From: Octopus bimaculoides
Taxonomy: Eukaryota
Reading direction: 5' to 3'
Assembly (NCBI RefSeq): GCF_001194135.2
Contig: NC_068981.1
Location: forward strand, 72,988,149-73,035,108
Length of the DNA stretch: 46,960 nucleotides
Part shown: one piece after another, positions 11,593-22,825 of the stretch
Position numbering within the stretch: the stretch's first letter is position 1
Layout: every line of letters begins with the position of its first letter
The notes under the pieces: model-generated
Databases searched by the model: none
Told to the model about the DNA's origin: nothing
Seen by the model: the letters and a program-made list of their open reading frames with translations, nothing else
Made by a program: the position numbers and the translations under genes

Positions 11593-12219
11593 ACAAGTGA
11601 CTCATTTGTTTCTCTTTTGGATATCGTACCTACTGTATTGGATTGGTTCCAGATTCCATATCCTCACTACAGGCTGTTCAGAAATCATGTCAAATTGACT
11701 GGGAAATCTCTGTTACCATTGTTACACTATAAATCTGAAAGTAATATTAATCAACACACAAAAGAAATATCAGCGGTGTATAGCAGTCACAACCTTCATG
11801 AAGTCACTATGTATTATCCTATGAGATCTGTTCGTACTTCAAATTACAAGCTGATACATAATCTCAACTACAAAATGCCATATCCTATTGACCAAGATTT
11901 CTATTTGTCTTCAACTTTTCTGGACATACTGAATCGGACAAGATCAAAGCTACCGACTGAATGGTCAAAAACTCTACACCAGTATTATTACAGGGATCAG
12001 TGGGAGCTTTATGATCTCCGGAATGATACAGCCGAGCTTGTTAATGTTGCATACAAGCCTGAGTTCAAAACTACACTAAATTCTCTAAAGAGTTTGTTAC
12101 ACCATTGGCAAAATGTGACAGCTGATCCGTGGATCTGTGGACCTGATGCTGTGCTTGAAAATAGTGGATATTATAAATACCAACCTCAATGTATGCCATT
12201 GGACAATGAACTGATGTAA
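11593..12219 (+). CDS. SGSH: Sulfamidase terminal exon
   Basis: tttcag| acceptor in phase 0. Encodes TSDSFVSLLDIVPTVLDWFQIPYP...HEVTMYYPMRSVR...HNLNYKMPYPIDQDFY...WELYDL...DPWICGPD...PQCMPLDNELM*. Confidence 0.97.
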   Translation, partial: TSDSFVSLLDIVPTVLDWFQIPYPHYRLFRNHVKLTGKSLLPLLHYKSESNINQHTKEISAVYSSHNLHEVTMYYPMRSVRTSNYKLIHNLNYKMPYPIDQDFYLSSTFLDILNRTRSKLPTEWSKTLHQYYYRDQWELYDLRNDTAELVNVAYKPEFKTTLNSLKSLLHHWQNVTADPWICGPDAVLENSGYYKYQPQCMPLDNELM

Positions 12220-12572
12220 CAAAGGAAACAGCTTTGTGGTTGATATTATTTCATCTTTCATTGGCTATATTGCAAATGAAATATATATATATATATATAG
12301 ATACATTATTACACTAAGGGTTGTTACTATAAGTAAAGCCACATGTTAGAAAGGGACACTAAAGTCAAACTACTTTGGATAAAGTAGTCTGACTTTAGCA
12401 TCCCTTTCCAGCATGTGGCTTTACTTATAGTAATAGTCCTTAATATAATAATATATTTTTAAAAAATCATATACTTAGTATTAATTTTTTTGCATTAATT
12501 GGTTTTACACACTGGCTACTTGATAAAATCTTATACAGTTTTTATCCTTATGTTTAATATATATATGTATTT

Positions 12573-12578
12573 AATAAA
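12573..12578 (+). terminator. Candidate SGSH polyadenylation signal
   Basis: AATAAA about 350 nt after the stop codon. Such hexamers are common in AT-rich DNA. Confidence 0.25.
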
Positions 12579-13865
12579 TTTTGAAAATATAATTTTGGAC
12601 TAATTTAGTAAAATCAGTTTCGTTATTCAGCTGATGTTTGGAGCAGAACTTCGCAAAAATGCTCTTACATATGATTATAATGGAAGGCTTTAATTTGAAT
12701 ATGAAGACTTTAAAACAGGAAGTGTTTATGGAACGAGAAGTGATCTCAGGCAATTGGTAAACAGAAATAGAAGTAAAGATAACATTTCTATCAACAAATA
12801 ACTGTGTTATCAAATTATCAGCAATGTGTGCAACAATGCTTTGGTACTTTGAGTACTTTGGAATGAGATCAGTGATAATTCCAAACTTCTCTCCTCTTAA
12901 CATGAAGTGATTAAACTATACAACTCTACATTAAATTTTCTTTTATCATTAAAAATTTATTTAAATTCTTTTACTGGAAAAATTTTCTGTCGTTCTTTTA
13001 TTTAGCAATGTGCAGTAATGTTTTTTTTTTTTTTAAATAATTTAGCCATGGAAAAAGAGACAATGATTACAGTCTTGACAGGAGCTGCCAAACAACTAGT
13101 AACATTGATATGGTTGATGTTGAGCTTGTGAATTGATGCCTGTTGGGGGAGAAAAAAAGTGGGTAGTGAGAAAATTGTGGAAGAGGATATGTGCAAAGAG
13201 TTTAATTCAGGATCTTGGCACCATGACACAATAAAAGTGATGAGAAGAGAAGAGATTGGTGAGCCAAGCTGCAAAGAATATGAAAATATCTAATTCAGAG
13301 GAACAGAGGTCATTGTAGTGGATGAAAAAGAGAGAAAATAGTGTGCCTGTGAGTTGGTAGCTGAAATATGCTGGGAAGTGAGTCTTTGCTAATTTTCCAT
13401 TTTTAATACAGCTGAGGATGTTTGGTGTTTAGATTTTATGGTGTTTGTGAGAAAACTGCAGAACTTCACACCAACAAGTCATGGATACTGGATGCTATGA
13501 AATGTGAAAGGTCAAAAGAAATGAGGTGAGTTTGTTGCGATGAATGTGTAATATCAGAGTGCGTGCTTATATGTATGCATAGAGGGGTGTATATGTGTTT
13601 ATGTGTATACATATAGGGAAACAACTCACCACACACAAATTTATAATTATCTCCCTTACATCGTTCATTGACAATGAACGTTTGCGTTTGTATGTGTGTG
13701 TGTACGCGCCCGCCCGCTCGTATGTTCGCGCGTGGATCTCCATATATGATATCGGATTCGGTCCCACTGCATGGCACTCTGAATAAATGTCTTCTACTAT
13801 AGCTCGCAAGCCAACTAAAGCCTTTGTGAATGGATTTGATAGACGAAAACTGAATGAAGCCAGTC

Positions 13866-14017
13866 GTAGCTGTGTGGTAAGAAGCTTACTTCTCAACCAT
13901 ATGGTTCCAGGTTCAGTCCCACTGCATGAGACGTTGGTCAAATGCCTCCTACTATAGTCTCGGGCCGACCAGAGCCTCGCGAGTGGATTTGGTAGGCGGA
14001 AACTAAGAGAAGTCCTT

Positions 14018-14081
<64 letters not shown>

Positions 14082-14262
14082 AGACTTTGTATCTGTTTGT
14101 CCCCATTACCGCTTGACAACCGGTGTTAGTGTGTTTATGTCCCCGTAAAAACTGATAAAGATAAGTACTAGGCTGAAAAAATAAATAAGTCTTGGGATTG
14201 ATTTGTTTGACTAAAATCCCTCAAGGCGGTGCTCTAGCATGGCCGCAGTCAAATGCCTGAAA
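13866..14262 (+). mobile_element. tRNA-derived SINE with internal (TA)n(TG)n microsatellite
   Basis: Head GCTGTGTGGTAAG...GGTTCAGTCCCACTGC, then the microsatellite, then a body ending GGCGGTGCTCTAGCATGGCCGCAGTCAAATG. Same family at 17445-17673, 31750-31945 and 40190-40860. Confidence 0.85.
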
Positions 14263-14934
14263 NNNNNNNNNNNNNNNNNNNNNNNNNNNNNNNNNNNNNN
14301 NNNNNNNNNNNNNNNNNNNNNNNNNNNNNNNNNNNNNNNNNNNNNNNNNNNNNNNNNNNNNNNNNNNNNNNNNNNNNNNNNNNNNNNNNNNNNNNNNNNN
14401 NNNNNNNNNNNNNNNNNNNNNNNNNNNNNNNNNNNNNNNNNNNNNNNNNNNNNNNNNNNNNNNNNNNNNNNNNNNNNNNNNNNNNNNNNNNNNNNNNNNN
14501 NNNNNNNNNNNNNNNNNNNNNNNNNNNNNNNNNNNNNNNNNNNNNNNNNNNNNNNNNNNNNNNNNNNNNNNNNNNNNNNNNNNNNNNNNNNNNNNNNNNN
14601 NNNNNNNNNNNNNNNNNNNNNNNNNNNNNNNNNNNNNNNNNNNNNNNNNNNNNNNNNNNNNNNNNNNNNNNNNNNNNNNNNNNNNNNNNNNNNNNNNNNN
14701 NNNNNNNNNNNNNNNNNNNNNNNNNNNNNNNNNNNNNNNNNNNNNNNNNNNNNNNNNNNNNNNNNNNNNNNNNNNNNNNNNNNNNNNNNNNNNNNNNNNN
14801 NNNNNNNNNNNNNNNNNNNNNNNNNNNNNNNNNNNNNNNNNNNNNNNNNNNNNNNNNNNNNNNNNNNNNNNNNNNNNNNNNNNNNNNNNNNNNNNNNNNN
14901 NNNNNNNNNNNNNNNNNNNNNNNNNNNNNNNNNN
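14263..14934. other. Assembly gap (N run); other large gaps at 17674-18118, 33288-33383, 34064-34213, 40440-40647
   Basis: Seen directly. Confidence 1.
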
Positions 14935-15039
14935 ACAACAGCTCCTTTATAGGATCCTGTTAGCTCAAGACATCATCAGGAGGAACCACGTCCGGTTTCG
15001 GCCCCTACTCCTCTACGGTTTTCCCCTTCAAAGATTTAG

Positions 15040-15138
15040 CTGCTATTTCTAGCACACCCTGCTACCACGTAACAGCTATTTGCGATGATGGACCCGAAAT
15101 ACTTGTTACGTGTTAGCAGGACGTGCAATAAATAGCAG
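15040..15138. repeat. Imperfect ~45-bp stem-loop
   Basis: CTGCTATTT...CCTGCTACCACGTAACAGCTATTT pairs with AAATACTTGTTACGTGTTAGCAGG...AAATAGCAG around a 10-nt loop. Confidence 0.75.
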
Positions 15139-15248
15139 TCAAAGCTTTCCAACCCACGATACAAAACTCTTTTGCTGGAAGACTCAGTTTCCCGGTGACC
15201 CAAGCAAGCAAGATTGAAACTGACTCTTAATGAATTATATATATATAC

Positions 15249-15347
15249 ATTTAATAAATGGAGTAATACGCATATCTCAAGTGAATTCTTTTATTTCCGA
15301 CATAAAAGAATTCATAAAACATATGCGTATTACTCCATTTATTAAAT
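15249..15347. repeat. 99-bp palindromic hairpin
   Basis: ATTTAATAAATGGAGTAATACGCATAT mirrors ATATGCGTATTACTCCATTTATTAAAT. Inner stem GAATTCTTTTAT/ATAAAAGAATTC with a 7-nt loop. Confidence 0.85.
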
Positions 15348-15699
15348 TTTTATATTTATTCAAAAACCCAAAATAACAGGGAGTTTCTACCTCATAAACA
15401 GGAGTTACACCACAGTCATTTTGTGATCTTTGCTACCCTGGTATCTATTAACCAATTTATTTTGTCGGAGTTAATTATTAACTAACAGAAAATAAATATA
15501 TATAATATATATATATATACATTTTCTCACGATAAAATTATTGTGGAAGACTATTTGTTCCTTATCAGAAAATAAACAGTTTTCTTAAAAGAAATATTTA
15601 TTCACTTGGTCAAAATTGAAACTACTGAAACTTTATCTTAGTTGCTTCCCTTGAAATAAATCTTTTGCCTAGTAAAATAGTTTATCACATTTCATGGAG

Positions 15700-15709
15700 T
15701 TGGCGCGAA
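15700..15709. promoter_or_regulatory. E2F-type site upstream of LIG1
   Basis: TTGGCGCGAA (reverse complement TTCGCGCCAA) about 105 nt 5' of the LIG1 ATG, in otherwise CpG-poor DNA. Confidence 0.6.
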
Positions 15710-15814
15710 TTTTCAGCTCGAGAATCCTTGTTTGTAACCCTTTCTATGTGTGAAACGTCTCAGCTGTTTGCTTTTTATTGAATCTGGATTGATTGACAAT
15801 ATTATTAAGGAAAC

Positions 15815-15831
15815 ATGCAGGCGTTTATTAC
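15815..15831 (+). CDS. LIG1: DNA ligase 1, first coding micro-exon (17 nt CDS, MQAFI-T)
   Basis: AAAC ATG CAG GCG TTT ATT AC|gtatgt. The phase-2 join to 19133 gives MQAFITSYF, a PIP box, matching the human MQRSI-M|SFF layout as recalled. Confidence 0.8.
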
Positions 15832-16846
15832 GTATGTATATATCTATGTAATATATATTGTTATCACTAACATAAAGAGTTTAAATGCTGTGTTTTATTA
15901 ACACTACTAAATATTAGTTGTTTTGTTAGAAAACTAGGATTATAAATATATAATATTTCTGACAATGTAAACATTCTCTTTAGAAAATTTTCAAAAGAAA
16001 ATACTTGATCGTCATTGTTTTTAATTCGAACATTTTTGCAGCTAAACTTCAGTGGATCTTTCGGTTCTGCTTCGAACGGATATAACTTATAAACAACTGA
16101 AATGTTAACTCTTACCTAGATAGTTGTAAATATTTATTTTGGCACCTGTTATTTTTAACATACACCATAGTCTTTTGAAAACTTCTCTGGTATATGTTAT
16201 CTTTCAAAAATTTTGGTGTTCCATCACTTAATGATGTATTCGAATACGAACAGACCTACGTTTTATACACCAATGAGTGATGTAGCGACAAGAGTGAAGA
16301 AAACATACTGGAAAAGCCACCTCAATTCATGCACTGGAGAGAATATGTCGAGTTTGTTTCATATTTAAACCATAAATCTATAGAGTTAGTGGAAACAATG
16401 ATGAAGTTGTGTGATTTTCATGCATTTCTCAAGAGTATTAGCAACGTAATTAAGATTTTTTTATTTGGGAATCCAAACCGTTCTACGCGATTATGTTGCT
16501 TCAGGCCAAGAATGCCGTGTTTTTGCGGGAGGCACTGAAAGACACGAAGTTCAGTTCTTTGCAGTTGTGGTCCTTTGCCGAACGAGTGTCGTTGGTAATT
16601 TAATGCCATTGTACAGGGCAGTGTTGTTGGTTGTGAAACTAAAATGTGTCAATAACTCAGAAAACTTTTTACGGAGCCGTAATTTTCTAGTAAGTCACTT
16701 CATCCGAGACTGTATTTGAAGTAGCTACATCTTGGAAAAGTCATTTAATAACACACAACTATCAAATTTACTTTTTAATTTAATAATTCATGAGGTTTCA
16801 AAATTTTCGTCCCACTAACTGCGACCTGGTTATTGCCACACGGTAG

Positions 16847-17256
16847 AGACGGATTATATGTAATCTGAACCTTCCCCCCACTTATTTATTAATTTTTTTT
16901 ACGGATCCCACGTTTTAGGCTATGGAGATTCCGATTCTGAAAAAAAATTGTTTGAAAAATTTCAATCCCCCCCCCACCAAGCAGGCTATTTACATGCTAG
17001 AAATAACAGCCAAATCTCACAAAACTAATGTTAGGGCTAGGGTCAGAGTTACGGTCAGGGTTAAGGTTTGAGTTAGGGTTAGGTTTACCCTGTGGATCTA
17101 TATAAAAACCGGTGTGGGGGGGGGAATCGAAATTTTGAAATTGAGATTTTTGAAAATATTTTTTCAGAATCGGAATCTCCATAGCCTAAAACGTGGGATT
17201 CCGTAAAAAAAAAGAATAATAAGTGGGGAAAGGTTCAGATTACATATAGTCCATCT
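16847..17256. mobile_element. MITE-like element with long TIRs and internal degenerate (TTAGGG)n
   Basis: TATATGTAATCTGAACCTT...CCCACGTTTTAGGCTATGGAGATTCCGATTCTGAAAAAA is mirrored at 17160-17256. Nine telomere-like hexamers lie at 17031-17084. Confidence 0.8.
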
Positions 17257-17444
17257 GGACCCTTCTACCATGTTACAATCAAAACGATTTTGGTTTATTG
17301 AAAGCTCCTCAATAACGCTAATAGTGCCACTAAAAATAGTTTATTAGTTACCAGAACTCTGTTTTCTTCATTTATGTGACATTTTATAAATGTAAGAAAA
17401 TAAGTTTCAGCATGTTCACTTTTTCTATTCTAGTTTTGTTATTT

Positions 17445-17629
17445 ACTCTTTTACTTGTTTCAGTCATTTGACTGCGGCCATGCTGGAGCACCGCCTTTAG
17501 TCGAGCAAATCGACCCCAGGACTTATACTTTGTAAGCCTAGTACTTATTCTATTGGTGTCTTTTGCCGAACCGCTAGGTTACGGGGACATAAACACACCA
17601 GCATCGGTTGTCAAGTGATGTTGGGGGGA

Positions 17630-17673
<44 letters not shown>
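17445..17673 (-). mobile_element. SINE 3' body running into (CA)n and a gap
   Basis: Near-identical to 40190-40385. Confidence 0.85.
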
Positions 17674-19132
17674 NNNNNNNNNNNNNNNNNNNNNNNNNNN
17701 NNNNNNNNNNNNNNNNNNNNNNNNNNNNNNNNNNNNNNNNNNNNNNNNNNNNNNNNNNNNNNNNNNNNNNNNNNNNNNNNNNNNNNNNNNNNNNNNNNNN
17801 NNNNNNNNNNNNNNNNNNNNNNNNNNNNNNNNNNNNNNNNNNNNNNNNNNNNNNNNNNNNNNNNNNNNNNNNNNNNNNNNNNNNNNNNNNNNNNNNNNNN
17901 NNNNNNNNNNNNNNNNNNNNNNNNNNNNNNNNNNNNNNNNNNNNNNNNNNNNNNNNNNNNNNNNNNNNNNNNNNNNNNNNNNNNNNNNNNNNNNNNNNNN
18001 NNNNNNNNNNNNNNNNNNNNNNNNNNNNNNNNNNNNNNNNNNNNNNNNNNNNNNNNNNNNNNNNNNNNNNNNNNNNNNNNNNNNNNNNNNNNNNNNNNNN
18101 NNNNNNNNNNNNNNNNNNATGACATCTAGTTTTAGTATATAGGTAAATTCATTTTAAGTTTGGAACTTCTGCTGCTCAGTATTCGAGATGAAGTGTGGGC
18201 AAAAAGGGGTTTGAATAGGTTGTTGTTCTGTGAAAAGTAAAATGTTTTTAGGGGCTTGGTTATGTAAGATATTAAAAATGAGAAGAACAGAGGTGGTGAA
18301 TTTTCAGGTGTAGATGAGCAGACACAGCTTGTTGCTATAGTTGATTATATTGATGAATATTGTCTTTCACTGTGATGCTTTTGGATGCAGTGTGGAATAT
18401 CTGTGACTACTAAGAACACTGCTCTTGTGAAAATTATTGGTATTCTAAACTTTGATATTAAGGATTCAGAACAGTATGCATGTCATATCAACATCAAGAG
18501 GAGGAAGTTTCTACACAGCCTTTTTGACCTGCTACAAATAGTAAGCATTCTGTCATTGCTGGTGCTATGGAAAAAGCACCCAGTACACTCTGTAAAGTGG
18601 TTGGTCTTAGGAAAGACATCCAGCTGTAGAAACCAAGCTAAAACAGACAATGGAACCTGGTATGGTTCTCAGCTTTACCATCTCCTGTCAAACTGCCCAA
18701 CCCATGCCAGCATGGAAAAAAGATGTTAAATAATGAAAATGATGATCAGTTTTTTTTTTGCATGTTTTCATTGCACAACAGAGCACACAGCTCTGTACAC
18801 CTTGGATATGCACTGTCTTCTTGTGTTTTCTGTTCTATTGACAGTACTCTTCACAATATGGGTGCAATGCATAGTCATACTATCTTATATGTCATGTATA
18901 TATGTTTAATTATGTATGTCAACATTAAAATTATTCCTGACATGTTATATTATTGAGACTGTTTCCGTCTTCAGTCCCTATATTTTCATTATCTCTATTT
19001 CCAGATCTTTATATTTGGTTAACTTATAGCAGTAATGGCATCTGTACACAAACTATTGCATGTATTTTTGCTTTATCTCTGCAATACACAATGTTACTAA
19101 CATTTTCATGTGTTCTTACACTATTGTTACAG

Positions 19133-19234
19133 GTCCTATTTTAACGCATCACAAAACACTCTACGTGCATCTGATACTGACAGCAGTAAAACAAGCAATG
19201 CAGATAAATCTAAAGAAAAAAAAGATTCCAAGAG
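19133..19234 (+). CDS. LIG1: DNA ligase 1 exon 2
   Basis: ttacag| and |gtcaga, phase 2/2. Encodes SYFNASQNTLRASDTDSSKTSNADKSKEKKDSK. Confidence 0.8.
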
Positions 19235-19920
19235 GTCAGATTCTATTTTTTTTGACATGTTATTTCTTTTATCCCAAAACTTTTTCTGTTTCATATGGTT
19301 AATGAAAAGATGTTCATATTAAATGTAAATAGTCTTAGATTTATGATGATATGGTCAGTAGTCCAGCATCTTAATCCCTTAGCGTTTAAACTGGCCATAT
19401 CTGGCCCAAATATTCTACTGTTTTATGTTCAAAACTGACCAAATTCAACTTCTCATACCAACCCTACAATGTCATTCTAAAAATAAACAATCACATTTGT
19501 AAAATCTTGAAACTGCAAGACAATGCATGAATAATTTAATCCTTTAGTATTTAAAATGGCCACATCTGCCCAAAATATTCTGTTTTATCATCAGTTAGAT
19601 CTGGCCTCTCACACTCTACTCTGTTATTTAGAGTAATCTGAAGCTAAAGTCTTAAATTTGCAACCAGTGGAATGTGACATTACTTTGTTGTCAAATTCTT
19701 TTACTTTTCTTCTAAAGAAAAATTCAATACAATAATTGATAAAATACTGAGGTTGATAGATCAGCTGCTCTTTTCTCTTACAAAAAAAATTGACTTTTGT
19801 GTCTAATCAAAAAGAAACCATTTTTATGTATATGAGCTTGAACTTAACCCTTTGTGATTAAGACATACTATTGTGATATTTTACTTTAGACCGAATGGTT
19901 ATTGCTGGAATGCTTGAAAC

Positions 19921-20240
19921 CAGTGGTTCTCAGCCATTTTTTTATCGATGGACTTCTTTGATTACTATTTTATTCTGGTAGACCCCCCATAGCCATTTAG
20001 TGTTTAAAACTAGTTTTATAAATGCTCTTTTCTAAATTCCTATTTTGTTTTTCACGCAGTATCTCCTGTAAGTTGAACTATGTAAAAACATTTGAGAAAG
20101 AAACCTTGCTGTTTCTTGCAATAAATATACCTAAAGCAAAATTCTTTCATAGACCTTTAAAATACTACTGTTGATCTCAATGTACTATTTTGCTTGTGTG
20201 CATCCCTAGGGGTTATATAGATCTCAGTTGAGAACAACTG
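19921..20240. mobile_element. hAT (Charlie-like) MITE with 8-bp TSD
   Basis: TIRs CAGTGGTTCTCAGC / GTTGAGAACAACTG, flanked by CTTGAAAC (19913-19920) and CTTGAGAC (20241-20248). Confidence 0.85.
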
Positions 20241-21093
20241 CTTGAGACATTAAAGTTGCTTGATGAGGGCTGACCTTAGATTATGCATTGGTATGAGCCA
20301 TGGCTGTGTGGTTAGTTCACTAAACAGACATAGCTTCAGATTGACCAATGCTTTTTGAGTGGAATTTGGTAAACAAGAAATATATCGAAGATATAAGTGA
20401 AGGTGTGGCTGTATGGTTAAGAAATTTGCTTTTCAACCACATGGTTTTCGGTTCAGTCCCACTGCATGACACCTTTTGTCTTCTGCTGTAGCCTCGTGCC
20501 AACAAACAACCCCAAATCTTATGAGTGGATTTGGTAGATAGAACTCCTTAATTAGGAATAACTTGAGTTTAATCATGTATATTTGTGTGGTTGTACATTT
20601 ACACTGAAATCTGTGTGTGTGTACACACACACACACACATATATATATATTTTATCCGAAGTGTATAGTATTATACATGCATTACAGCCAATCATACCAA
20701 TTGGTTTCGTGCTAGGTATTCAATAGAATGCTAAGTAGTAGTGTGAAACTGATTAGTAAGATTGGCCATTATGAATATATAATATTGTGCACTTTGAATA
20801 GTATGCCCACTCTATTGGTAGATATATAAGTGCATTTTTTCCCTGATTTATGGACTTGTAGATGACTTACACACATATATGTATTGAGTCAACAGATAAA
20901 TCTGCCTTCTCTTTTTATATGTATACATGTATATATATTTTAACCCATGCTAGCATGGAAAGCGGACATTAAATGATGAGGATGACATTGAAACTCAATG
21001 TTTGATCTATTTATTTGAATCATTGTCTCTTTGTATATTATATATATATATATATATATAGCTTTTAGTTCACTAAGATTTATATTTCTGCAG

Positions 21094-21373
21094 GGAAGTT
21101 AAAAAAGAACAGCGAAAAGTAAACAACTGCTCAGACAGTCCTATCCAGAAAAAGAAGAGAAGAACTAAGTGTATTATAGAGAGCGATGAAGAAGAAGCTG
21201 GTGATGGCAGTGGAAACGAATCTCCTAAGAAAGAAGATGCTGTGGACAATAATGGTGATGTTTATGACAATGATAAAGGAAAATCTTCTGATAGTGGTGA
21301 TGACGATGATGATGATGATGATGATGATAAGTCAGAATCTGAAACAGCAGAGACCAAAGGACTGAAAGAAAAG
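21094..21373 (+). CDS. LIG1: DNA ligase 1 exon 3
   Basis: ctgcag| and |gtaaga, 280 nt open. SDSPIQKKKRRTKCIIESDEEE resembles human [23 protein letters not shown]. Contains poly-Asp (D10). Confidence 0.85.
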
Positions 21374-22825
21374 GTAAGATATGACTTTTCATATATGTGT
21401 GTGTATGTATATGCATGCATGTATGTAGATAAGTATTTCTGTATTCTGTACCTCTTCACTTATATATAACTTCTTGTAACTTGAGGATATGTTCCAACAC
21501 CCCTCATTCTCTCTTGTTTCTCCTTTTCCTTTTACAGTTGGGGTTGCTATGTATCTCCTCTACAGCAAAATGTCTCTTTCTATCACTCTTATCATACTTC
21601 TATCCTTTCATCACCTGGCACAAAGCCACCTCCCTCACCACTCCTTCCTTATCAGTTGAGATGTCATGTCTTGCAAGTTACTTGGTGACCTTATTGCTGC
21701 TACTGTCACATAAGAAGCATTCACTTCACTCTGTGAAATGGTTGGCATTAGGAAGAGCATCTAACCATAGAAACCATACTGAAGCAAGGCTTCTGGCTTG
21801 CCAGCTCGTGTCAAACTGCCCAACCCATGTCAGCTTGGAAAATGGCTGTTAAATGATTGTATCCATCCATCCATCCATAATACATCTTTGTATCTGTTTT
21901 TCTGTGTATGTGTATCATCATCATCGTTTACCGTCCGCTTTCCATGCTAGCATGGGTTGGACAATTTGACTGAGGACTGGTGAACCAGATGGCTACACCA
22001 GGCTCCAAAGATTACTACCATCTTGACATACTGGACAGTTTTGATGGTGTGCCACTGGGATAACATTGGTGAATCACGGCACCTACTCTGTTATAACAAG
22101 CATCTGAAGTTTTGGACTTACTATTGTAAGCTTATATAATTATCATAAATACAACATCATCCTCTGTAAACATTATGCTCTCATGTATCCCTTCATGCAA
22201 CGTCACTCTCCTTACATATAGCTTGACTGGTCTAATATTTCCATTTCAATGAAGTACGAAACCATTTGTTGGTCACATTATCATCATCATCAACATTTAA
22301 TGTCTGTTTTCCATGCTCACTTGGGTTGGACAGCTTGACAAGACCTGGCAAGACTAGAGGTTGCACCAATTTCCATAGTCTGGCTTTGGTTTCTATGGCT
22401 GGATACCCTTCCTAATACCAACCACTTCACTGAGTGTACTGGGTGCTTATTACATGACACCATGACACCATCATCAGTGCTTTTTACATGGCACCAGCAC
22501 CCACACCAATGCTTTTTACATGGCATCTTGGTTTTAGGATCTCAATTCTGTTGTGGTGGGCAGGTCTCCTCAAGTACTGCAATGTGCCACATATCTTAAT
22601 CCTCTGTTATCCCCTTCCTAAGGTTCAACATTTTGAAATCAGCCTTCAATACTTTGTATTTTGCAGTAACAACTATTTAATTTGTTTCCACCATTTCTTT
22701 TTGTAACTGCTATATTTTTTAACCTATAGCTCTGTAATTATCTTACCTTGTCATGTAGCAATCAACCTCTCTTTAGTGGACTTTTGGATCATATTGCACT
22801 TCATTTTCATTTTCATCTTTTGTAG

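Noticed and set aside
12571-12903. 110-aa minus-strand ORF convergent with SGSH
   Set aside because: No recognisable domain and no convincing acceptor. An ORF of this length can arise by chance in 47 kb.
14239-14963. Long ORFs spanning N runs (also 17574-18142, 34032-34295, 40272-40922)
   Set aside because: Artefacts of translating gaps and microsatellites.
18385-18405. ATG CAG TGT GGA ATA as an alternative LIG1 start (MQCGI)
   Set aside because: No GT donor at the required phase-2 position. 15815 fits better.
19372-19620. About 165-bp tandem duplication starting TTAATCCCTTAG / TTAATCCTTTAG
   Set aside because: Looks like decayed ends of a common piggyBac-like repeat. No second TIR or TSD was found to define an element.
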